DNA from: an uncultured Christensenellaceae bacterium
GTDB taxonomy: Bacteria; Bacillota; Clostridia; Christensenellales; CAG-314
NCBI GenBank assembly: GCA_910587795.1
Contig: CAJUNH010000001.1
Location: 246,463 to 310,462, forward strand
Reading direction: 5' to 3'
DNA: 64,000 nucleotides
This document shows, in pieces, positions 39,939 to 47,131 of the stretch. A program made the translations under genes and the position numbers. Position 1 is the first letter of the stretch, and the number at the start of each line of letters is the position of its first letter. The notes beneath the pieces were generated by a model. It was given only the letters and a program-made list of their open reading frames with translations, did not search any database and was not told where the DNA came from.

Positions 39939-39966
39939 TATTGTATGACGGCAAACGATAAAAGGT
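39939..39966 (-). promoter_or_regulatory. mother-cell sigma (sigma-E/sigma-K)-like promoter upstream of the 214-aa gene
   Basis: Minus strand: AC, 17 nt, CATACAATA (39939-39947). This matches the sigma-K pattern AC-N17-CATAnnnTA and the sigma-E -10 CATACAnT. Confidence 0.35.
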
Positions 39967-40209
39967 GAATAGTATTTTATGAGTACAAAAACCGATTTTA
40001 TACAAATTAAAATTACGTTACTTATTAAGGCATAATAACATTCGCCTCAACAGTATAAATATATGTGTAATTACAAGAAAAAAAGCCGACGTATAGTCGA
40101 CTTATTTAAATATGGTTAATGTTCGTTTGCTCTCTATTATCTATTGCAATTCAAAATAAATCATTAAATTTAATATTTTTAATTACTGCGGTATTATCGT
40201 TTTAACAAT

Positions 40210-40800
40210 TCAATCTATTTGATCGAAATGATAAAATCTGTCTTTCATATGACCGAAATAAAAAGTAATCAATTCCCTAATATTACGTTCCTGAATTTCC
40301 ACAGGGTCGTCCTTATGCAAAACTTTAAACAGGCTGTTTAAAAATCCGTCGGCAATTGCCATATAAAAATCGGGATTCTTAATTTTTTCGTCAATCTCGG
40401 GAAACGCCCCTTCCATCATTTCGCGTATTTTGGATGATATTACTTCCACTATATAATTTATAAACGTTTCGTAATGTATACTGTTTCCTTTACGGATAAT
40501 CAATATCTCATCGCAATATTCCATCAAAAATTTAATTAAAATTTCCGCAGCGTCCTTCATCGGGCGATCCTTAAAAACAAACTCACGCTCAATACTTTGC
40601 TTTACGCTTTCCATAAAAGGATTAATTACGGCAAAATATAACGCTTCTTTATTGGCAAAGTATCTGTAAATATTGCCGAGAGAAATTTCCGCGTTGTTCG
40701 CTATGTTTCTTATCGAGGCGTTTGCAAACCCGTATTCCTTAAATTCCTCCACTGCTGCGGCTAATATTCTTTCCCTAATCTCGCGTTTTAAATACTGCAT
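40210..40800 (-). CDS. TetR/AcrR family transcriptional regulator
   Basis: 196 aa. N-terminal HTH ASIRNIANNAEISLGNIYRYFANKEALY. Confidence 0.85.
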   Translation of the reverse strand: MQYLKREIRERILAAAVEEFKEYGFANASIRNIANNAEISLGNIYRYFANKEALYFAVINPFMESVKQSIEREFVFKDRPMKDAAEILIKFLMEYCDEILIIRKGNSIHYETFINYIVEVISSKIREMMEGAFPEIDEKIKNPDFYMAIADGFLNSLFKVLHKDDPVEIQERNIRELITFYFGHMKDRFYHFDQID

Positions 40801-40832
40801 AACAATAAATTTTCCTTCGCCCGTATCGGGCA

Positions 40833-40845
40833 GTTACATTGTAAC
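40833..40845. promoter_or_regulatory. 13-bp palindrome overlapping the tetR promoter -10 (candidate TetR operator)
   Basis: GTTACA-T-TGTAAC. On the minus strand: TTGTCA, 17 nt, TACAAT, with the palindrome covering the -10. Confidence 0.4.
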
Positions 40846-40996
40846 ATATTAAAATCGCATTGACAAGGGCTTAATACAAAATTTGCGAACTTTTTTCATT
40901 TTTGATTTTGCCGCAGCAGATTTACCTTACACCAAAACGATTAAACATAATGCTAAACCGATTTTTATATAAAAGGCGACAGATAAAATACGTCAA

Positions 40997-41725
40997 TCAA
41001 TAAGCGCATTCCAGCAGCATTTTATCTGCAAGCAACGCAATAAACTCGCCGTTGGTAGGTTTTTCGGCAGAACTATACACTTTTACTCCAAATATATTAT
41101 TAATATTTTCAATCTTTCCGCGGTTCCAAGCCACTTCTATAGCGTGACGGATAGCACGTTCCACTTTGCTGGACGTCGTGTTAAATTTTTGCGCTATAGA
41201 CGGGTAAAGATTTTTAGTAATAGAGTTTATTATCGGAGGATTATCTACCGCAAGTTTTATACCTTCGCGCAAAAATTGATATCCTTTGATATGCGCGGGA
41301 ATACCTACGCTTACGAAAATACTGCTGATACGCTCGTCCAAGGTACGTTCGCTTATGCTTTTGGAGCGGACGGTTTTTCCGCCAAGTTTAGAGCCTTCGC
41401 ATACGTTTAATATCCGCTGTTCCAGCACGTTGTATTCTAATGGTTTTACCAAATAATATTTTGCACCCAACTCCAACGATTTAATCACAAATACTTCGCT
41501 TTTAAGCTCGCTTGCAACTATAAATTTAACGTCGCGGTATTTTTCCAATAATGCATAGCCGTCCTCTCCGCTCATAACAAGTTCCGTCACTACGACGTCG
41601 GCACTTATTGACTCTAAAGCCTGACGCGCTTCTCTTCCGTCTACGTCGAATACTATATTAAAATCTTCATTTTCCGCTAATTTTTCACTAAGACCCGCTT
41701 GTCCTATCAACCCAATATTTATCAC
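40997..41725 (-). CDS. spo0A: Spo0A-family transcription factor with degenerate (pseudo-)receiver domain
   Basis: The C-terminal half carries Spo0A signatures GIPAHIKGY, FNTTSSKVERAIRHAIEVAWNRG and EKPTNGEFIALLADK. GTG start at 41725 after AGGAGG-N6. The receiver aligns to Spo0A but has E at the D56 position and GQ at the DD position. Confidence 0.85.
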   Translation of the reverse strand: MINIGLIGQAGLSEKLAENEDFNIVFDVDGREARQALESISADVVVTELVMSGEDGYALLEKYRDVKFIVASELKSEVFVIKSLELGAKYYLVKPLEYNVLEQRILNVCEGSKLGGKTVRSKSISERTLDERISSIFVSVGIPAHIKGYQFLREGIKLAVDNPPIINSITKNLYPSIAQKFNTTSSKVERAIRHAIEVAWNRGKIENINNIFGVKVYSSAEKPTNGEFIALLADKMLLECAY

Positions 41726-41814
41726 TTTACGCCTCCTAATTGCTTTTGTAGAACCATTGTAGCACAACTATTTATGAATTTTTTTAGAAATGATTGATAA
41801 AATATGGTAAATTA

Positions 41815-41821
41815 TGTCGAA
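41815..41821. promoter_or_regulatory. consensus 0A box (TGTCGAA) upstream of the spo0A-like gene
   Basis: Exact TGTCGAA about 90 bp upstream of the GTG start. A 7-mer match alone is weak evidence. Confidence 0.3.
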
Positions 41822-41849
41822 TTTTAAAACATTGTATATCTAAATTAAC

Positions 41850-41881
41850 AAAAAAGCCGCAAATCTAATTGCGGCTAAAAA
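41850..41881 (-). terminator. intrinsic terminator after the small membrane protein gene
   Basis: AGCCGCAA-ATCT-AATTGCGGCT flanked by an A run and a T run. Confidence 0.65.
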
Positions 41882-41923
41882 ACATTTTTATTCGTCAAAT
41901 TTTTCAACATACGCTAATTCGTC

Positions 41924-42295
41924 CTAATCGGGCGATTTTTCCTCGGCGTCATTTTCCGTAAGCACGTTGCTATCTGCAACATCGTAAGTAAATTCCTGCT
42001 TATGCGCTTGTATCCACTTGCCTATGTCCGTCAATATACAAATGAAAAACGCCTTGTCTACAACAAAAATTATTGACTTGCAAATAACGCCCACTACCAT
42101 GCCCAAAATCGGTATCCAGCAAAACAGCATATTTACAAACGTAAATACCATTTCCAACACAAACATTACCACATAAATAGGTATGCCCACAATCAAACAC
42201 AGCGTTTTACCAAAGCAATAAAAGAAGTTTTTGCTTGTGTACCTAAAAATCCACTGCAAACGCTCCATATAATACTGTTTAAAAGAAATTTCCAT
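41924..42295 (-). CDS. small multi-TM membrane protein, unknown function
   Basis: 123 aa. Two to three hydrophobic helices and an acidic C-tail. Confidence 0.5.
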   Translation of the reverse strand: MEISFKQYYMERLQWIFRYTSKNFFYCFGKTLCLIVGIPIYVVMFVLEMVFTFVNMLFCWIPILGMVVGVICKSIIFVVDKAFFICILTDIGKWIQAHKQEFTYDVADSNVLTENDAEEKSPD

Positions 42296-42420
42296 ATCGG
42301 TATAATACTATAAATTTATAGCGTTGTCAAGTTTTGCAGGCGCAACAACCGTGTTAGCGAGCATAGTATAAAAATGGTCGTATAGTACAGTAAAATTATT
42401 TGAAAATAATGCAAAAAAAA

Positions 42421-42449
42421 TTGACATTACAATTAAAAATAATTACAAT
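42421..42449 (+). promoter_or_regulatory. sigma-A promoter of the M-box/mgtE unit
   Basis: TTGACA (42421-42426), 17 nt, TACAAT (42444-42449). Confidence 0.6.
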
Positions 42450-42464
42450 ATTATTAATAAAATA

Positions 42465-42640
42465 ATCCGGTAGGTGAGGCTACCACTGGGATATGGGTTG
42501 CTACCGACTAAACGAGGAGACTCGTCAAGTAAGGTCAGCAGGTTATGTCGAAAACAAGGCATAATCTAACGCAACTACACCGCCCCGTGACGCTAAAGCT
42601 TGTAATGGTTGGACGTCGTTTCCGTATTAGCCATACTGAA
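42465..42640 (+). promoter_or_regulatory. M-box (ykoK) magnesium riboswitch
   Basis: GGTAGGTGAGGC at the 5' end, GTCGAAAACAAGGC, GACGCTAAAGCT and CCATACTG blocks parallel the B. subtilis mgtE M-box. Located directly upstream of mgtE. A weak candidate terminator CTGCG...CGCAG plus T8 lies at 42725-42754. Confidence 0.85.
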
Positions 42641-42786
42641 TTTAATTTATAGCATAATAAGAAATATACTATATTATTGTCTTAAAAAGTTATAATTCGG
42701 TATTGTTAAAAGAAACAGCATTTTCTGCGACTGTTACAAGGCGCAGTTTTTTTTGCTTTAAATCTGCCTGATAATGGAGGTACGGT

Positions 42787-44163
42787 ATGGAATATAACGA
42801 GTTAAACGAACTTGCCGAAAAAATATCGGCATTGCTTACCGAAAAAAATTTCCGTTCGATTAAGTCCATATTGGAAGAAGAAATGCCTCAGGACGTAGCG
42901 GCACTGCTTGAAGATTTACCCGACAAAGATATGCCTGTTATTTTCCGTTTGCTTAACAAAGAACAAGCTGCGGAAACTTTTGTCGAGATGAGTACCGACA
43001 GTCAGGAAATGCTAATAAACGTATTTAGCGACAGCGAGCTTAAAGCTATTTTTGACGAAATGTTCGTAGACGATACGGTAGATATTATCGAAGAAATGCC
43101 CGCAAGCGTCGTTAAACGTATTATAAATCAATCCGACGCCGAAACGCGCAACCAAATCAACCAAATATTGCAATACCCCAAAGACAGCGCGGGCACTATA
43201 ATGACTGTGGAATACGTTAGTCTAAAAAAAAGTTGGACAGTAAAACAATGTTTTGACAGAATACGGAAAACCGCTTTGGATAAGGAAACGGTTTACACCT
43301 GTTACGTAACAGACGAAAAACGTCATTTGACAGGCTGCGTAACTTTAAAAGATTTACTGTTGCACGACGACGGTACTAAAATCGAAGATATTATGGAAAC
43401 CGACGTGTTAAGCGCGGAAACGACCGACGACAAGGAAGACGTTGCTTTGCAAATTTCCAAATACGACCTTAGCGCAATGCCTGTCGTCGATAAGGAAAAC
43501 AGAATGGTAGGCATTATAACCGTAGACGACGTTTTGGACGTAATCGAACAGGAAGCAACCGAAGATATTGCCAAAATGGCGGCAATTACACCGTCGAACG
43601 ACGCTTACTTCGAACAAAGCGTTTGGCAAATATGGAAAAACCGTATTCCTTGGCTGCTGCTGCTTATGGTTTCGGCAACGTTTACTGGACTTATTATTAA
43701 TGCCTACGAGGCAACTCTGTCCGCACTTCTTTTTGCTTGCGTACCTATGATAATGGGCACCGGCGGTAATGCGGGAAGCCAAGCTTCGGTAACCATCACT
43801 CGCAGTCTTGCAATAAACGAAATCAGTCCAAGAGACGCATTTAAAGTTTTGTGGAAAGAATTACGGGTATCTCTTTCGTTAGGCTTAGTGCTTGCCGCCG
43901 CGTGTTTTGCAAAACTCTATCTTTTGGACGGCTTGGCATTTGGAAACGAATATACTTGGCAAATATGTTTGACGGTATCTATAGCATTATTTGTGACAAT
44001 AGTAATTGCAAAATTAATCGGCTGTTTGATGCCGATTTTGGCAAAACTTTGCAAACTCGACCCTGCCGTTGTAGCAAGTCCTTTTATTACCACTATCGTA
44101 GACATATTATCTCTCGTTATATACTGCTTAATTGCACAAGCAATGTTAGGCGGCACAATGTAA
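42787..44163 (+). CDS. mgtE: magnesium transporter MgtE
   Basis: 458 aa. N-domain, tandem CBS domains, 5-TM C-domain with the GNAGSQ motif. Confidence 0.95.
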   Translation: MEYNELNELAEKISALLTEKNFRSIKSILEEEMPQDVAALLEDLPDKDMPVIFRLLNKEQAAETFVEMSTDSQEMLINVFSDSELKAIFDEMFVDDTVDIIEEMPASVVKRIINQSDAETRNQINQILQYPKDSAGTIMTVEYVSLKKSWTVKQCFDRIRKTALDKETVYTCYVTDEKRHLTGCVTLKDLLLHDDGTKIEDIMETDVLSAETTDDKEDVALQISKYDLSAMPVVDKENRMVGIITVDDVLDVIEQEATEDIAKMAAITPSNDAYFEQSVWQIWKNRIPWLLLLMVSATFTGLIINAYEATLSALLFACVPMIMGTGGNAGSQASVTITRSLAINEISPRDAFKVLWKELRVSLSLGLVLAAACFAKLYLLDGLAFGNEYTWQICLTVSIALFVTIVIAKLIGCLMPILAKLCKLDPAVVASPFITTIVDILSLVIYCLIAQAMLGGTM

Positions 44164-44172
44164 AATCTTAAT

Positions 44173-44220
44173 AAAACCTCTGTTGTAATACGTATCCGCT
44201 GCGCCGCAGAGGTTTTTATT
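44173..44220 (+). terminator. intrinsic terminator after mgtE
   Basis: AAACCTCTG...CAGAGGTTT long hairpin followed by TTTTATT. Confidence 0.6.
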
Positions 44221-44418
44221 GTTGTAAGTTTGTAATGATTGAACAAACGGTATAAATATTGCGTATATCATTTATGATTTTAGCAAATAATAAATTTAGA
44301 CAGCTTTAAAACAATGCAATTTAGTGACAATAACAGCTACGATTAGTGATAAATGCTTTTTTATCAACAGGCAATTTAAGATTGTTATCAAAATATTATA
44401 ATTTATTATTTCATTATG

Positions 44419-44447
44419 TTGACATTTGTCGAAAAGCAGTCTATACT
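44419..44447 (+). promoter_or_regulatory. sigma-A promoter of the cold-shock gene
   Basis: TTGACA (44419-44424), 17 nt, TATACT (44442-44447). 5' UTR of about 95 nt, as is typical of csp genes. Confidence 0.6.
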
Positions 44448-44543
44448 TAAATTGTAACAGATCTGGTGAGTCCTTCATATATAACGATTTCATATTATTG
44501 CATTTACTTAATCCGTTACAAAATTTTTAGGAGGTACCTCAAG

Positions 44544-44756
44544 ATGACCACAGGTACGGTTAAATGGTTCGATGCAGGCAAAGGTTACGGATTTATTTCC
44601 AATGATAACGGCGGAGAGGATATTTTTGTTCATTTCTCTGCTATTCAAGTCGAAGGTTTTAAAACATTAAAAGATGGACAAAAAGTTACTTTTGACGTAG
44701 AACAAGACGCGAAAAACGGAAAACTACGTGCTGCAAACGTTAAACCAGCAGAATAA
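44544..44756 (+). CDS. cspA: cold-shock protein (CspA family)
   Basis: 70 aa. [15 protein letters not shown] (RNP1) and DIFVHFSAI (RNP2). SD TAGGAGGTACCTCAAG-ATG. The 26-aa ORF-track extension was dropped. Confidence 0.95.
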   Translation: MTTGTVKWFDAGKGYGFISNDNGGEDIFVHFSAIQVEGFKTLKDGQKVTFDVEQDAKNGKLRAANVKPAE

Positions 44757-44778
44757 TTTGTCGCAAGATACATTATTT

Positions 44779-44815
44779 AAAGACGCAGAATATAAGTTCT
44801 GCGTCTTTCTTTTTA
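44779..44815 (+). terminator. intrinsic terminator after csp
   Basis: AAAGACGCAGAA-TATAAG-TTCTGCGTCTTT followed by CTTTTT. Confidence 0.75.
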
Positions 44816-44931
44816 CTTTTGTATTACCCTACTTAAATGCATCGTTTAGTGAATTAAGGGATATCTGCCGTTTACTCTTTACAAATTTTTTGACTTTTTT
44901 AAAACTTTGCAGTAAAGAGCCAAATTGCCTT

Positions 44932-45197
44932 TTAGGAAGTTACGTTATCCAACTTTTTTACTGTCAAATAACGGTTACTGTTTCCCGTGGGAGTATACGT
45001 TGTCGCAGCGTCTGCCGAAGCTCGCAGCGTAAGCACCGCACCCGCAGGTAAAGAAACTATTGCCGAGCCCTGTCATTGTATGCGGCGGACAGTTTGCAAA
45101 TTCGTTTATTTTAATACTTGACGGAATAGCCGTACCGTTGACACTACGGACACTGTAACTATCGTAGCGACCGGGAATTTTTTCTTTTATAATTCCG
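44932..45197 (-). pseudogene. frameshifted remnant of a BclA-type C-terminal (C1q/TNF-like) domain
   Basis: Manual minus-strand translation gives YSVRSVNGTAIPSSIKINEFANCPPHT in one frame. After a frameshift near 45070-45076 it continues QGSAIVSLPAGAVLTLRAS...LTVKKLDNVTS*. This parallels [18 protein letters not shown]...[18 protein letters not shown]...LTVKQINV* of the adjacent intact gene. No start codon and no collagen region. Confidence 0.55.
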
Positions 45198-46181
45198 TTA
45201 TACGTTTATCTGTTTGACGGTTAAAGTTGTATTCACTCCATCACCCAACGTAATACCCACGGCAAGCAATGCAGAAAGCGCCATATCAATTACGTCGCCC
45301 GCAGTCAACGAAATAATAATACTTCCGCTATATAATGAGCTTACTCCAACTGACAAAGCTCGCGATATCGTCGCCTGAGGAATCGCCGTTCCGTTTCTGC
45401 GCACCGACATCGTAACCGTAGTACCAAGCGCCGCCGAAACATTAGAGAAGTAATTGATTTCATATACCCCGGTAGCACCCACCGTAAGACTGTTGACCGG
45501 CGTATTTGTTACATTTTTCAACGGCATAGCGGAAGGAAGAGGCAATTGCGTAGTCCCTCCTAGAGTTAAATTAAGCGTTTGCGGAGTTGTATTATATACA
45601 CCGCCGTAAGCATTTAGGTCGGTCGTACCGGCGGGGCCGATAGCCCCTGTGGGACCTGTCGCACCTGTTGCGCCTGTTGCGCCAACGGGACCTGCTGCTC
45701 CTGTAGGTCCGATAGGACCCGTCGCGCCTGTATTACCTGAAACGCCTTGTAAACCTTGAATACCTTGCATACCCTGAGGACCCTGCGGTCCAGTCGCACC
45801 TGTTGCGCCTGTAACTCCGGTTGGTCCGATAGGACCTGTCGCGCCCGTATTACCCGCAATACCTTGTAAGCCTTGAATACCTTGCAAACCTTGGGGACCT
45901 GTCGCACCTGTTGCGCCTGTTGCGCCAACGGGACCTGCCGCTCCTGTAGGTCCGATAGGACCCGTTGCTCCTGTTAAGCCTTGCAAACCTTGGATTCCCT
46001 GAGGACCTTGAGGTCCGGCAGCACCTGTGGCACCGGTTGCGCCTTGATTTCCCGGAGGTCCCATTATTCCCTGGGGACCTGTAAATCCGCGAGGTCCGCG
46101 GACTCCGCGTTCGATAACAATCAAACGGTCGTCGCGAGACTCGTTGTGTATACAGTCGCATCTTCTTCTACAACAATTCAT
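45198..46181 (-). CDS. collagen-like repeat protein with BclA-type C-terminal domain (exosporium glycoprotein-like)
   Basis: About 327 aa from ATG 46181 (AAGGAGAAAAGTTT-ATG). Cys/Arg-rich N-terminus [10 protein letters not shown], about 160 aa of uninterrupted G-X-Y (GPQG, GATG triplets), then a beta-rich CTD of about 140 aa resembling BclA. Confidence 0.85.
   Translation of the reverse strand: MNCCRRRCDCIHNESRDDRLIVIERGVRGPRGFTGPQGIMGPPGNQGATGATGAAGPQGPQGIQGLQGLTGATGPIGPTGAAGPVGATGATGATGPQGLQGIQGLQGIAGNTGATGPIGPTGVTGATGATGPQGPQGMQGIQGLQGVSGNTGATGPIGPTGAAGPVGATGATGATGPTGAIGPAGTTDLNAYGGVYNTTPQTLNLTLGGTTQLPLPSAMPLKNVTNTPVNSLTVGATGVYEINYFSNVSAALGTTVTMSVRRNGTAIPQATISRALSVGVSSLYSGSIIISLTAGDVIDMALSALLAVGITLGDGVNTTLTVKQINV
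45624..46103 (-). repeat. G-X-Y collagen triplet region with higher-order internal repeats of about 100-120 nt
   Basis: [38 protein letters not shown] recurs three times (the third copy is partial). It produces long spurious ORFs in the other frames. Confidence 0.8.
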
Positions 46182-46359
46182 AAACTTTTCTCCTTGTACA
46201 TTATTTGAGCAACGCTCTACAATCATACTATTGATTAATTTATATTTATGTTACAGAGCTGACGCACTAACACTTTTGAATGAACCTCTTATTTAATAAC
46301 GTCGGCTTTTGCTTTTTTTTCAGTAATTTGAAATTTTTTTAAAAGAAATTAAAAAAACG

Positions 46360-46414
46360 TTGACATTTTAGATTTTAGCGCATATAATAACAGTTGAACA
46401 ATTATTCAACTGTT
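46360..46414 (+). promoter_or_regulatory. promoter plus perfect 10-6-10 inverted repeat (candidate ArsR/SmtB operator)
   Basis: TTGACA (46360-46365), 17 nt, TATAAT (46383-46388), immediately followed by AACAGTTGAA-CAATTA-TTCAACTGTT (46389-46414). Confidence 0.6.
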
Positions 46415-46428
46415 TAAGGAGTAATACC

Positions 46429-46785
46429 ATGAACGACAAGGAACTATGCTGCGAACAAAAACACGTACACGACGAAGTATGCGAACAAGTAACTGTTGAT
46501 ATGCCTAACGAGGACACCTTATACGACGTTGCGGAATTATTTAAAATATTCGGCGATTCCACACGCATAAGAATACTGTCCGCACTAACGCAAGCCGAAA
46601 TGTGCGTATGCGATATTTGCACGGTTTTAAATATGACAAAGTCCGCCGTCTCGCATCAACTGAGAATATTAAGACAAGCAAAACTCGTAAAAAACAGACG
46701 GCAGGGAAAAGAGATTTTTTACAGCTTAGACGACGACCATGTTCTAAGCATAATAAACCTTGCAATAGACCATATACAGGAATAA
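46429..46785 (+). CDS. ArsR/SmtB family metal-responsive repressor (CadC/CzrA-like)
   Basis: 118 aa. ELFKIFGDSTRIRIL, CVCD metal site, SAVSHQLRILRQAKLV recognition helix. Confidence 0.85.
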   Translation: MNDKELCCEQKHVHDEVCEQVTVDMPNEDTLYDVAELFKIFGDSTRIRILSALTQAEMCVCDICTVLNMTKSAVSHQLRILRQAKLVKNRRQGKEIFYSLDDDHVLSIINLAIDHIQE

Positions 46786-46910
46786 ACACTCCTGCGGTCC
46801 TACAAAAACAATGTGATTATTGTCATAAAGATGCGAAAAGCCGTTCTTACACTATCGCTAAAATTTACGGCAAAGAATATGTTTAAACAAAAAATAAAAG
46901 GAGAAAGACT

Positions 46911-47129
46911 ATGAAAAAAATAATTGCTTTACAAGATTTAGACTGCGCAAACTGCGCCGCTAAAATGGAAAACGAAATCAAAAAAATCGACGGTATAAAA
47001 TTTGTTTCAGTAAACTTTATGCTGCAAAAAATGACGTTAGACATAACTGACGGCAATGCCGAAAAAATCATACGGGAGGTAAAAGCGGTTTGCAAACGGG
47101 TTGAACCTAGCTGCAAATTAAAAATTTAA
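46911..47129 (+). CDS. heavy-metal-associated (HMA) domain protein
   Basis: 72 aa ferredoxin-like HMA fold. The metal motif is DCANC rather than the usual GMxCxxC. Directly precedes the ATPase. Confidence 0.75.
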   Translation: MKKIIALQDLDCANCAAKMENEIKKIDGIKFVSVNFMLQKMTLDITDGNAEKIIREVKAVCKRVEPSCKLKI

Positions 47130-47131
47130 TT

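Noticed and set aside
45614-46208. Several 75-104-aa ORFs (both strands and alternative frames) inside the collagen-repeat region
   Set aside because: They are artefacts of the GC-rich G-X-Y triplet periodicity, which keeps all frames open. Only the frame with the SD, the GXY repeats and the BclA-like CTD makes a coherent protein.
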